DNA of 63,654 bases, filler included, from Octopus bimaculoides (lineage: Eukaryota): assembly GCF_001194135.2 (NCBI RefSeq). It is 5 parts of 4 records of this genome, joined end to end, with 100 filler letters (N's around TTAATTAATTAA, not from the genome) between each part and the next. Parts side by side here need not be neighbours in the genome. Positions count along the whole stretch, not along the records: positions 34,587 to 40,753 come from NC_069000.1; positions 40,854 to 60,990 come from NC_068987.1; 3 more parts are not named here. One strand, given 5' to 3'. The notes below the pieces were generated by a model, which ran no database searches, was not told the DNA's origin, and was given only the letters and a program-made list of their open reading frames with translations. Position 1 is the first letter of the stretch; every line of letters begins with the position of its first letter. Both the position numbers and the translations under genes were made by a program. Positions 39,620 through 52,385 of this stretch are shown one piece after another.

Positions 39620-39810
39620 GCGCCACCACCTCTTGGTGTTGATGTACTTTTATCCACGTAACGTAGCTGTTCGACAAATGACACCGATTGAATAAATACC
39701 AAATGTGCAGGAAATAAGTGCAAGTATCAATTTCTGTTGACTAAAGATCATCAAAGTGGCGTCCGAGCATCACCGCGGTCTAATGGCTGAAGCAATTGAG
39801 ATGAAAGATA
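39620..39810 (+). mobile_element. SINE family 2 right unit, diverged
   Basis: CCACCACCTCTTG...TTCGACAAATGACACCGATTGAATAAATACC...GAGCATCACCGCGGTCTAATGGCTGAAGC. Confidence 0.65.
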
Positions 39811-40853
39811 AAAAGCACATGAAATGCACACACACACACACAGTTATACATGTATGTATGTATATATACTTATACACAAACACACACATATATATACATG
39901 TTTAAATGTGCATAGATACGTATATACATACATGTACTTACGTGCGTAAACTTGATTGTGGAAGCCAATTCTAAATACTTATTCTCAATTATTCTCTATC
40001 CTTTCAAGAATTTCGAAATTTGATAGTCAATTTTAATTTCGAAAACTGTAATCTTGACATCTTCACTCTTTTGAAGTATTATCTGTACAAACAACGAAAT
40101 AATTTCCCAAACCTCAACTATAATCCATTATTTACCAATAATATAGATTAACAGCTTGCTTAGATGTTGCATCTATTAATTTTATAACACTTCCGGAATG
40201 ACACATTTCACATGGGAATATATATATGTTTTCTGTATGATATGACATGCGACGTTTGATAGAGTTACGATAAGATACCAAAAGCAAACAGTATATATGA
40301 TATTTGATTACAAAAAAGCGTACATGCTATTCGTTTTGAAAGGACTAAATACACTTCCGTTATCCAATATAATTACAAATGCAGGATGAATCTATCTATC
40401 TGTCTATTTATCTATTCATACATACATGCACAATCACACGCACACACATACACACATACATACACATATATAGTGCGGAACAGGAACAACTGACGAAGGG
40501 TCAAACTCTTTATGCTGCATGTCTCGTTTCTTTGTTAGTTTTTTTTCATTGTTCGTAAAAAAGTTCGTTTTCTGGTTTCGTCTTTATGGTTTCGTTTTTC
40601 ATTGTGTTTAACGTTTTTTGTGATGTCCTGTATCCATATATGCATGTATGTATACCTATAGATGTAAGTATGTACATATATGTATTGATATATGCATATG
40701 TTTATATATTATTTATATTATATTATATTATATTATATTATATTATATATATANNNNNNNNNNNNNNNNNNNNNNNNNNNNNNNNNNNNNNNNNNNNTTA
40801 ATTAATTAANNNNNNNNNNNNNNNNNNNNNNNNNNNNNNNNNNNNNNNNNNNN

Positions 40854-40906
<53 letters not shown>

Positions 40907-42469
40907 TAATAAACACATATTTGTATGTGCATACTTACACAGTCACATACATATACACACTTGCACACACGCACACACACTTATAAGATATTTTGCTGTA
41001 TTTTATCCTTGCGCATGCTACTGCAATCCACGTGACTGGATGCGGACTTGAAATATATCGGTTCAGAGTAAAATAGTTTTATAGACGAGTCTATCACCGT
41101 CTCACATAAAATACTGCACATTGATCGAAATATACATAAAACAATTGTCCAGCAATCGACTGTAATCCTCCTGGCGCCTGTTCAAAAAAGAATGAAACCA
41201 AAAACCACACGTACTAATACCAGCAGTAACAATCAGAACCACAACTACGTAACAACAGGCAATTGTGTTGGGAAAATACAACGTTAAATGTTATTTTGTA
41301 AAGGAAATTTTTGTCAGACATTAACGTTGGTTTGAGGGCGAATACGTTGGGAAGAAAAACAAAAAGGAAGAAGCAGAATAATAATAAGAAGAAGACGAAA
41401 ACAAGAAATATTACAAAAACAATAAAGAGAATGGCAATAGTTCAAATCATTTGATTGCGAGGTTAAGGGTACTTTGTTGTTGCCTAGGAACATCAAAGAA
41501 CTATATTCCTTCGCAATCTATTGTTTGTAATCAAACGTGTATATGTATTTATGTTTGTATGTATAAGCTCAATCACACACTCACAAATACATATAAACAT
41601 ATGTGTTCGTGAGTGTCTGTGTGTGTGTCTGTGTTTGTGTGTGCATGTTCTTGTGATTTTCTGTGTGAGACTTTGTGGAATTTATTGCTAAAGATAATTT
41701 AAGTCCGGATGTGTGAGCAAAAAAAAAAAAAAGAAACGCTAGCAGAATCATAAGAAAGTATCTGTGATCAATGGAAAACAAAGGAGATCAAACCCTAGGA
41801 ATTAACATTTGTGTGAACCTCCCCTGCAGGATTTATGTTCAGTTATTTGGCCTGCCATAGCTCACTCGATATTGATCTCAGTTATGTCTGTACTGTAATC
41901 ACTTTTATGTTTTTAATCGCATGGTGCACAGATTTATGGCGGTTTACCGAGTTTCTAGTTGCTCTGCTTTACCTACTTATTTTGAAATTGGACGTCGGTT
42001 GACTGGTGCAGTAGTAATTGAACAATACGTCCTATAAGTTATTGGGCCAGGGGCAAAATAAAGTGTTAAGCAATACAAACATACATACATACATACATAA
42101 ATGTATACATACACACATACGTGTATGTATATATACCAATCTGTATACATATATACATATCTATACTGTTTATTCAAGCTGCAAAATTATCCCAGAACAG
42201 TTACTCAGGGTTTCACGTTCCTCTTCGTCGGACGACTGTCCGACAAACGGGTGCATGAAACTGAGGAACAGTTCTGTGATGATTTTGCAGCTTAAATAAA
42301 AATTATATTACTCTACTATTGGTATTCAAGTACGACTTTTACCATCTAGTTTTGCACATGTGTGCTCAGCTGCATAAATAAATATATATATGTGTGTGTG
42401 TGTGAGTGTGTGTGTGTGAGTGTATGTGTGCGAGTTCACGTGTGTGCGTGTGTACATGTATATATATAT

Positions 42470-42520
<51 letters not shown>

Positions 42521-42649
42521 AGTATATGTGTATATATAAATGTCTACACACACATATTTATATACATATATATGTATGATTTTGGCGCAAAACAAAACCA
42601 GTTACACAGTCAGAGACTAACATGAACAGTCATGGATTTAAACTGGTGG

Positions 42650-42705
42650 TCCACACTGACGAGGCTCAAGGTTAAATAACCAAAAGCCGAAACGTGGTTT
42701 GTGGA
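42650..42705 (+). ncRNA. Minimal type I hammerhead ribozyme motif
   Basis: UCCACA CUGACGA GGCU-(18 nt)-AGCC GAAA C GUG G UU UGUGGA: all core nucleotides present, 6-bp helix I, 4-bp helix II. Confidence 0.8.
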
Positions 42706-43400
42706 TTTCCGTAATTGCATAATATTTTTATTTGTGCTGTTAAATGTTTTAATTCTTTCTGTTTTCCTTGCATACTGTTTTTCTCTGTTATAATGGTGCG
42801 CTTCGGTGGATTATTTAAGACTTAGCTCTTATTTCTAGCAGGTAGACGCTCATTAAGCATCATTACGCTTCGTGCAAATTTATAATTCATAGCTCTTTAA
42901 AGCTATTATAACTGCGTTCCACCCATGCCACTACTGGTGATATCATCAAATTTTGAATTTATCCACAGATGATATGAACAGTAGTGATATCTAACTTCAA
43001 ATCTCAGTGTTTGAATATTTCATTTATATATATATATATATATATATATATNNNNNNNNNNNNNNNNNNNNNNNNNNNNNNNNNNNNNNNNNNNNNNNNN
43101 NNNNNNNNNNNNNNNNNNNNNNNNNNNNNNNNNNNNNNNNNNNNNNNNNNNNNNNNNNNNNNNNNNNNNNNNNNNNNNNNNNNNNNNNNNNNNNNNNTGT
43201 GTGTGTGTGTGTGTGTGTCTGTGTGTGTACATATATATATGTACATCTATCTATACATACGTATATATCAGGGCGGGCTGGCCAAGCTTGCTTATTTTCA
43301 TGTCTTTTAATTTATTATTAATGTTCCTAAATATGTTTTGCTAAATTGCTGTTTCTTTTTTTCAGATATCACCAGAAAAATGTAATTAAAATTCATTAAA

Positions 43401-44485
43401 ATGACAGATCTATCAGACTTTCAATCAGGTCAAATTGTTTGTGCTCGTATGACAGGCGCTAGCGTAACGAAAACAGCCGAAATGTTTAGTGTATCAAGAA
43501 GTACTGTTTAGAAAGTAATGACAGCCTTTGACAAAGGGAGAAAAACGTCCTCGCCGAAACAAAACTCAGGAAGAAAACCAAAACATTGAGATAGGGACCG
43601 TCAAACTCTTACGCGAATTGTTAGAAATGATCACAAAAGTACAACTCCCAAAATTACTGCAGAGCTTAGTGACCACCTGGAGAACCCAGTTTCCACAAAA
43701 ACTGTCCACTGGGAGATGCACAAAGCCAGACTTCATGGGAGGGCTGCAATCGGAAAACCACTATCAAAAACAAACGTTGCAAAGCGTTTAGAGTGGAGTA
43801 AAATCCTATAGAATTAGTCCCTAGAGCAGTGAAAGAATATTATTTTCTCGGACGAGTCATCCATTTTCCTTATTTCCCACCACTGGCCTAGTATACGTAT
43901 GGAGACAGCCAAAATAAGCATTTAACACTGACTGCCTTCTTCCAACTGTTAAACATGGAGGAGGATCTGGGATGATGTGCTGGGGGGATATATCTTGGAA
44001 ATCCGCTTACCCAATGGTTTCCCTTCATGGCAGAATGAACAGTCAAAACTATTTAAGCATTTTGTCTGATCAAATTAATCCTATAGTTGCGGAACTGTTT
44101 CCGGAGGGAAACGCAATTTTTAAGGATGATAATGCACCAATTCACACAGCTGAAGTTGCTTCTGAATGGCACGAGAAACATTCTAGTGAAGTTGAACATC
44201 TTATCTGGACACCACAGTCCCCAGATTTCAATATTATTGAATATTTATGGTGCATTTTAGAAAAACAAGTAAGGAGTCGATGTCCTCCACCATCATCACT
44301 ACAAGAACTCGAGACTGTTTTAGCTGAAGAATGAACAAAAATTACTTTGGAAACAATTAAAATTTTGTACGAGTCCATAATTCGTAGAATTCAAGCTGTA
44401 ATTACTGCCAAAGGCGGTCCTACCTAATATTAAAATTAATTTGTTTGAAATTTTAAGGTATTTCCATTATTTTGTCCAACCCCTG
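43401..44485 (+). mobile_element. Tc1/mariner transposon remnant with DD36E transposase pseudogene (CDS about 43401-44427)
   Basis: MTDLSDFQSGQIV (HTH start), IIFSDES, VKHGGGS, FKDDNAPIH, WTPQSPDFNIIEYLW; several in-frame stops. Right TIR ...TTTTGTCCAACCCCTG+TA; left TIR not found. Confidence 0.95.
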
Positions 44486-44979
44486 TATGCGTTTCTTAGA
44501 TACACATTTTGTACGAAATTCTATACAAATATTAAGAAATGCATGTATACAAAAATAATTATTCATGTATGCAGCTTTTTAAACTGTTAATTTTATTGGT
44601 TTCAGTAACCACAAAATACACACACATAAACCAAATGTTTTCAAAATCTTGACTGATGATTGTTCTAACTATATTGAGCATATTTAATACGGGGACATCT
44701 AAGAAAAATGTGCGAATTTGCATTTCTGTAACATAAAATTAGACTGGCAAAAATAACACTGAAAAGGATAAAAAAAATGTTTAATATTTATTTGTCATAG
44801 TAACTATCTGGTCAAACGTGGAGGAAACTATGAAAACAAAAGCAAACCAATAACATTTGAGATATTTTAATCAGATACCATCTTACAAAATTACAATCTT
44901 ATCATAATATTTTTATGAGAAACAGACAATATTACAAATATCAGGCTATTAAAGCCGCTATTTACTGCCAGTAGAGGTC

Positions 44980-46170
44980 TTATGGGTTGCCATCTTGACT
45001 GTGAGTGGTTGAAAATCTAGTTGCTATGTTGTCAAGGCTGTTCGAATTAGTTCCGTCAGGTGTTGGTTTGTAAGGATTGCATGATGCTTCGACTTCGCAA
45101 ACTACATTACAGAGTACAGTGAAATTCACAGCAGTATGTTGTGCTGAAAATTAAGATGAGCCGCACGGAAATAATTCCCAGAGCTCAGTTGTAGACTAGG
45201 ATTTATCGTTCATCTTTAGACTCAGGTCCTCCTAAAATTCCATTAGTTCCATCTCCATAGGAGATGATTCCGTAATCAGAGGTTTGAGAATTGAACATCC
45301 ACCAATGACCATATCAACCGCAAAAGGATTTACAAGAAAGGTAAAGCAGGGCTTCAGCTTCCGCAAGTCATCAAACCCGGCTAGGAAATTATCAAGCAGT
45401 CCTTGTAATTTATCTTTGTATTCTTCCAGTTTGTGGTCTTTATTTCAATATCAGAGAATGTATTTACTCTCCTAGTGAGATTGAGAAAGTGACTGAAATT
45501 TCTTGGCAATATGTCTGAAAGTTGAAAATCGTCTGAGTAAGATCAGAAACAATCTTATTCTTCTCCCGAAGGCCAAGTTGAGAGTTTGTAGATGATTCAT
45601 TGTATCAGTAAGGAACATCAGATCTTGCGTCCATTCGTCATTTTCCAGTTGAGGATAAGATGTCTTTTCTTAAACAAAAGTAATAATAGGCTCCAACATA
45701 TTAGCAAACTTAACTCAGACATTGCTTTTTGGCAACCACCTCACAATGCTATAGAAAGAGACATCACTTGGTTTATCTTCAAGCTCCAGTTCTTCAATAA
45801 AGTTTCTAAATTGTCGGTGAGCCTTCCCATTTAGCGTATGAAATTGACAATTGGCAGTATCTGGCTGCCAGGCGTTCCCGATGAGTAATGCAATAAACAG
45901 GGAGAAAACTCTGTAAAGCTGGGATCATTTTTCATGAGTGCAATTAATCCTACATTTTTTTGCACCATTGCAGTTGTTCCATCGTTGCAACACCCACGAG
46001 TTTATTAAGTGGAAAATATCCAAGCGAGTATGATTGAATCTTCCATGTATTAACATGTACCTCCCAGCGACAATGTAAACTTTCATTTCATCAAGATATC
46101 CTTGGCCTGAAGAGTGGCTTGATTTATACAACTCGCTTGGATATTTACCCCCTACTGAGGCCCCGCTCAC
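44980..46170 (-). pseudogene. hAT (Charlie/SPIN, GTF2IRD2-like) transposase remnant
   Basis: Manual translation across frameshifts: DGTTAMV, HCITHRERLAAR, HRQFRNFIEELELEDKPSDVSFYSIVRWL, DLMFLTD..NHLQ.LNL, and the dimerisation region FSTTYCCE...LTNQHL. Confidence 0.85.
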
Positions 46171-46862
46171 TTTGGAACATACGTACCCAGGATCTTAGCT
46201 ACGCCATTCCTTAATCCGTGTGTGTGTATGTGGGTGCGTATATATATATATATATATATATATATATNNNNNNNNNNNNNNNNNNNNNNNNNNNNNNNNN
46301 NNNNNNNNNNNNNNNNNNNNNNNNNNNNNNNNNNNNNNNNNNNNNNNNNNNNNNNNNNNNNNNNNNNNNNNNNNNNNNNNNNNNNNNNNNNNNNNNNNNN
46401 NNNNNNNNNNNNNNNNNNNNNNNNNNNNNNNNNNNNNNNNNNNNNNNNNNNNNNNNNNNNNNNNNNNNNNNNNNNNNNNNNNNNNNNNNNNNNNNNNNNN
46501 NNNNNNNNNNNNNNNNNNNNNNNNNNNNNNNNNNNNNNNNNNNNNNNNNNNNNNNNNNNNNNNNNNNNNNNNNNNNNNNNNNNNNNNNNNNNNNNNNNNN
46601 NNNNNNNNNNNNNNNNNGTGTGTGTGTGTGTGTGTGTGTGTGTGTGCATGCGTATGCACTCACGTGTACTATACAACTGTTGAATATTGAACGCAATCCC
46701 ATCTTAATTCCTTATGGAGAAATAAACTGGAAACAGATTTATGTGTGAGTGGGTGTCTCAAATCGTTGACTACTTTAACTCTGCTTACAAATAATTCCTA
46801 GGTACATATATGATTGTGTGTGTCGTATACACACACACAGACACACACAACACGCACACACA

Positions 46863-46922
<60 letters not shown>

Positions 46923-47759
46923 NNNNNNNNNNNNNNNNNNNNNNNNNNNNNNNNNNNNNNNNNNNNNNNNNNNNNNNNNNNNNNNNNNNNNNNNNNNNNN
47001 NNNNNNNNNNNNNNNNNNNNNNNNNNNNNNNNNNNNNNNNNNNNNNNNNNNNNNNNNNNNNNNNNNNNNNNNNNNNNNNNNNNNNNNNNNNNNNNNNNNN
47101 NNNNNNNNNNNNNNNNNNNNNNNNNNNNNNNNNNNNNNNNNNNNNNNNNNNNNNNNNNNNNNNNNNNNNNNNNNNNNNNNNNNNNNNNNNNNNNNNNNNN
47201 NNNNNNNNNNNNNNNNNNNNNNNNNNNNNNNNNNNNNNNNNNNNNNCATTGGTATTTTGAGTTTACAATTTGAATTTTTCCGAAATATAGGTTTAGAAAG
47301 GCTTTTTCAGCTGAGGAAGATAAAATTGTTGTCTCTCTTTGAGCATATCTTCCGGAAGTTTATACTGAAATCTTTTTGTGTTTATTAAAAACGTATAACT
47401 TTGAAGAAACTGTGGAAAAAATTTGCTTGAGCTGAAATCTTTTCGAGTTTAATTCAAAGACACATAAACTTTAAGAAATTTTTACGCTTACTACGATACT
47501 TCACCTGCGAATTATTGCGAATTTCAGTGCCCACACAGAAACCCTAAGCATCAAAATCTGACCCTAAAATTTATGATGTTATAAAACTTGGTTTCTTATG
47601 CCACAAACGATTCGCCCTGTTGTTACATATATATAAATCAGTATAAAGTGTGGTTAAATCGTTTCTATTCAACCGACATTAGCGTAAGATCACTCAATGA
47701 GGTATACTTTTAGGTCAGTGTAGTTCGGAGTGTTAGTATAATAATGAATCACTGACTGC

Positions 47760-49807
47760 CGAAAAAGAGAACTGAAGCAATCATTGCTGAATTTCCAATC
47801 TGATTCATATACTGCTAAACAGAAGAGAATTGCAAACGAAAAAGTTTCGCAGCTCTAGGAAGTTTTGCGGAGTCTTTGACGCCCTCATTGGATGATTTAG
47901 GACAAGTCGACTGCCAACCAGTGCAGCCAGTCGAGCAAAGTTAGATCCAGATATCTAGGGAAATCTCGTGAAGCTGGTATACCGGCCGTCCATATTTAGT
48001 ATTCTCTTTCAAAGAAAGCTTTATTTTGTTTTCCTTGTCAGCACTTTAAGACTTTTGTTCAAGCGGATACTTGCTTTATTAAAGATGGATATTCTAATTG
48101 GCATCACGCACAAGAAAAAGAAGAAAGGTTTAAACTCTGTATCCCATATCCAAGCTATGGTAACATGGAAGGAAAGTCAACAACGTTTATCCACAAGATC
48201 CGTATCTTCAATTTTGCAAAATGATCACAAGAACAAAGACCGTTACTATATCAATTCAATTGTTGCTATTGTGCATTTTCTTTACACAAACGAACTGCCT
48301 TTACGGGCAAACGAAAATGAAGCTTTTGGGGATCTTTGTTTCGAAGGTGAGAGGCAGCCTTGTGGTCTTTTTGTAAAATTATTCCAATACATATTAGAGA
48401 AAGACTCAAATCTAATGGAATGCTACAGCACGATTCCAAAAAATGCGACCTATACCTCAAGAGCAATGCATAACCAAATCATCGAATTGTTGAGGGATAC
48501 ACCGCCAACCTTGTCGATGGAATAAAATGTTAACTAAGGAATTAACCAACCTTGGCATTGACCCAAAGCTTATGTTGTCACAATGCTATGATGGTGCTCC
48601 TGTGATGTCTGACAAAATAAGTTGTGTTCAAAGAAAGATTCAGAATCGACTTCAAAAACATATACCCCATGTTCATTGTGTATATCATCTGTTGCATCTT
48701 GTGGATAATACAATAAAGCGGATTCTTCGACACCGTTAATATTCTTCATAATTTTATTAAACGGACAAGGATAGCTAGTCTCTGCAAAGGATTCTAATTG
48801 CCACGTCTTATGGAGCATAGGTAGTCGGGTCATTTCAGTGCCATTGCTTCTGCAATAGAAAATCATTCCAAGATTGTTGGTTTGCTAACAGAAGGCATAG
48901 ATTCAGCAGGTTCAAAAATGTGTATTGAGGCAGCAAAAGGCTTGGTTTTCTAGCTCTTGTTCTTGGCAATTTTTGGCATGTAATAAGGCAGTAGACAACC
49001 AGCTTCAACGTCACAATTGTGATATACCCAATAGCTTTGAGTTTCATAAGAGACTTTAATATTTGATGAAGATTCTGAAACAAATAAGTCAGTTTAATGA
49101 TTTTGAGGAACGGATGCATTGGAAGGCTTGCGGGTCCCAACCTCTTTCAAATTATGTCGTAGAAGTCCTCGTGCCTTCAAAAGATTACTGGATAATCTTT
49201 CACCGTAAAATTTATTTCGCCATCATCGATGAAAGCACGGGAGAGCTAGATAATAGATTTTCAGTGCAAAACGGCAGCATATATTCTTCCTTGGCAAATC
49301 TTCTACCAACCTCCGAGACATTCTTGGATTTTGATACATTAAAAATTTTTACCAATTTAGTTAATTGCGCGAAATCGGTCTTATTGTCAGGACTTACTGT
49401 GGCTAAAGTATACATTTCCAAACAAAATATGACGTCACTGCTGGATATTTTTGGATCTTTACATATCGTACGGGATGCTTTTCCAAATGTATATCTATTG
49501 TATGATGCAGCATTAACATTTGGTCTAGCCACACGCAAATCATCAATTTCGAGGCAAACTCGAATTATGACTCACTGTCGACGGAATATGAAGCACCCGC
49601 GTGATATACAAATCAATTATAGACAAGGACGAGTAAATTTTTTTCTGCATTTCGTTGCCGTATGTGACAGTTGTATTGATTAAATGTAACATAATTTCAC
49701 TATTTTGTGTAGTGAATTTTCTTGAAAATTTTACAAACAGTACAGTTTTTAAAGTTCTGTTGATCCCCACCGCTAGCGATCGAGATAGTCCCCATCTCCA
49801 GTATGCG

Positions 49808-49810
<3 letters not shown>
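47760..49810 (+). mobile_element. hAT (ZMYM1-like, DUF4371-type) transposase remnant
   Basis: LPLRANE...GLFVKLFQY...KNATYTSRAMHNQIIELL, SQCYDGAPVMS...HVHCVYHLLHL, and C-terminal AFPNVYLL..AALT...SSISRQTRI. Frameshifted. Confidence 0.9.
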
Positions 49811-49839
<29 letters not shown>

Positions 49840-49865
49840 TGTATGTATGTATGTATGCATGTATG

Positions 49866-49904
<39 letters not shown>

Positions 49905-50718
49905 ATGTATATGTATATACAAGAGATATAAATACGATTGTCTTCTTTCAGTTAGAAGGCTTTTGCCGGCTTGATGCTACAGTAGTATTCATCTGCCCAA
50001 TGTGCCATGCAGAGGGGCTGGAGCCGTAACTATGTGGTTCTGAAGCAAATTTCTTGGCCCACAGCTACAGCTACTCCTCGGATGGCGTGAGAGACTTTTA
50101 TGGATCATTGCCACTACAATATCCGTGCATTAGGTTATTGTCCCGACAGTAGGCTTCACCTACTTACTTGTCAGCATTTCTCTTACTCGTGAATCGGATT
50201 GTTGCCTCGACAATGATTGCTCAAGCTAAAATTTTAGGTCTAATACGGCTTTCACAGTTTCTCACAAACTCTCTCTATCTTACTGACATGGTCCAGAGAA
50301 AAGCACGTGTAAGATAGCCACTACCAGTGCCAGTATCACAGGCTCGGGAATGTGAGGACACCATGACCTCAAACACTAGCAAATGATACCCCAAATGCCA
50401 TTCCTCCCATGTCTCGTATATCAGAGTCACCTCCTTCAGACATGACCAAAAAACAGTTAAGGGGGTCTTCTAGCACGCTGTACAACAGCCAAGAATTTAT
50501 GATGGCTATCGCTATTGCTAGATAGTCATTCATCCAACACTAGGTTCATCTGTCTTTTGTTAGGTCTTGCTTTTAGTCCTGCTGGGTTTCTAGTCACCCA
50601 CCTCACCACAGAAGCCTAAAGATGGTGCCACTTTAGTCGCTGACGATCAGGCCATTCAACAGTTTGAACCTAATTCCATGTTACCAGTAGAACACTTGAA
50701 ACCTCACAAGTGACTCCC

Positions 50719-50757
<39 letters not shown>

Positions 50758-51328
50758 CTCTCTCTCTCATTCTTTCTTTCTTTCTTTCTCCACCTCTCTC
50801 GCTCTCACACACACAAACACATAAGCACCCCCCACCCCCACAGACATACACGCACATACACGCACACACATATACATGACATAGCTAATGGTTATAAAAT
50901 GTACACAAGTACGTGCTCATGTTGTGAAGAAATTCGCTTCGAACATGATGTCTCGAGATTCTATGCTATTCCGGATTGGGCTTGATGTTTAATTGCCTTC
51001 TTACATAGCCATGAAATAATCGGAAATAATCGGCATATGCATATACAAGTACATGTCTCTTTACATAAATTTACATACATATAAATATAATCAATCGTAC
51101 ACACACATGCACAGACACGAACCCCACCACACAAATACCCACATACACACAATTGGCAGTGGATTGATATAAGTGAAATAATAGAAACTTTAGAACATTG
51201 GTCAAAATACTCAGCCATGTATTTTTTCGCTCTTTCCTGTTCTTATAGCCCAGGAGGGTCTAACTGTAAGCTAGTAGTAAACGCTTGGAAAACGTGGATG
51301 TAAAAGAAGAAGGTTAGTATTAATATAT

Positions 51329-51540
51329 GGCGAGCTGGTAGAAACTTTAGCACGCCAGGCGAAATGCTTAGCGGTATTTTGTCTGTCTTTACGCTCTGAA
51401 TTCAAATTCCACCAAGGTCGACTTTGCCTTACATCTTTCTGGGGTCGATAAATTAAGTACCAGTTGCGTACTGGGTCGATCAAATCGGCTGGCCCCCTCC
51501 CCAGAAATTTCGAGCCTTTTGCCTAGAGTAAAACAGAATA
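51329..51540 (+). mobile_element. SINE family 1, tail B, near full length
   Basis: GGCGAGCTGGTAGAAAC...GAATTCAAATTCC...GGGGTCGATAAATTAAGTACCAG...GCCTAGAGTAAAAC. Confidence 0.9.
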
Positions 51541-51574
51541 TATGTTTTATCTTTTATCTTTTAATTGTGTGAGC

Positions 51575-51735
51575 AATATGACTGCGGTCATGAAATGCCA
51601 CCACCTTGAACAGATTTGGTCGAACAAATTGACACCAGGACTTCTTTTTCTATTGTATTGTATTGCTTAGCTGAACCACTAAGTTACGGGGACGCTAACT
51701 CCACCATCGGTTGTCAAGCAGTGCGGCGGAGGTAA
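51575..51735 (-). mobile_element. SINE family 2 right unit, diverged
   Basis: TGACTGCGGTCATG...CTGAACCACTAAGTTACGGGGAC...ATCGGTTGTCAAGC. Confidence 0.7.
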
Positions 51736-51955
51736 ATACATTTACAAAGATGCAAAAACATATGCATATATATATATAAACTCATACAAACATAGCTATA
51801 TTAATTGATAATTAGTAATTTTACCAAGTAGTTCGGTATGTTAAAAACCATTATCGGTAAATATATAAACGCAATTTAGAATTTAGGGTTCAGCAAGTAT
51901 TGCTTCACCACACACCAAAAATTAGAAATNNNNNNNNNNGTAAATATATAAACAC

Positions 51956-52101
51956 AATTTAGAATTTAGGGTTCAGCAAGTATTGCTTCACCACACACCA
52001 AAAATTAGAAATAGCAGCCAAAACTACTATTTCTCTACTAATTTCTAATTTTCGGTCGGTGTGTGGTGAAGCAATAATTGCTGAACCCTAAATTTTAAAT
52101 T
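51956..52101. repeat. Foldback inverted repeat / small MITE
   Basis: Arms 51956-52012 and 52041-52101 are near-perfect reverse complements around a 28-nt spacer. Confidence 0.85.
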
Positions 52102-52239
52102 ATATACATTAAAGACTTTCTGTATTCCCGAGCGTTAAGCTAATACATCCTTTTGTTGTTTATGTTTACACCACCTGTCTTCGTCTGTTGTTTTTTCGTA
52201 AATTCTCCCATATATATATATGGGGCTTCTTTTAGTTTC

Positions 52240-52385
52240 CGTCAACAAAATCCAATCACAAGGCTTTGATCAGACTAACACTAGAGTAGAAGTAGAGGAC
52301 ATTTGCCCAAGGTGACACACTGTGGGACTGAACCCGGAGTCATGTCACTGAAAAGCAAGCGTCTTACCACGTAGTTATACCTGCA
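52240..52385 (-). mobile_element. SINE family 2 left (CORE-like) unit
   Basis: GGCTTCTTTTAGTTTCCGTC...ACATTTGCCCAAGGTG...GGGACTGAACCC...CTTACCAC. Confidence 0.8.

Noticed and set aside
40485-40520. CTGACGAAGGG hammerhead 5' half
   Set aside because: No downstream GAAA and NUH; at most a decayed PLE terminus.
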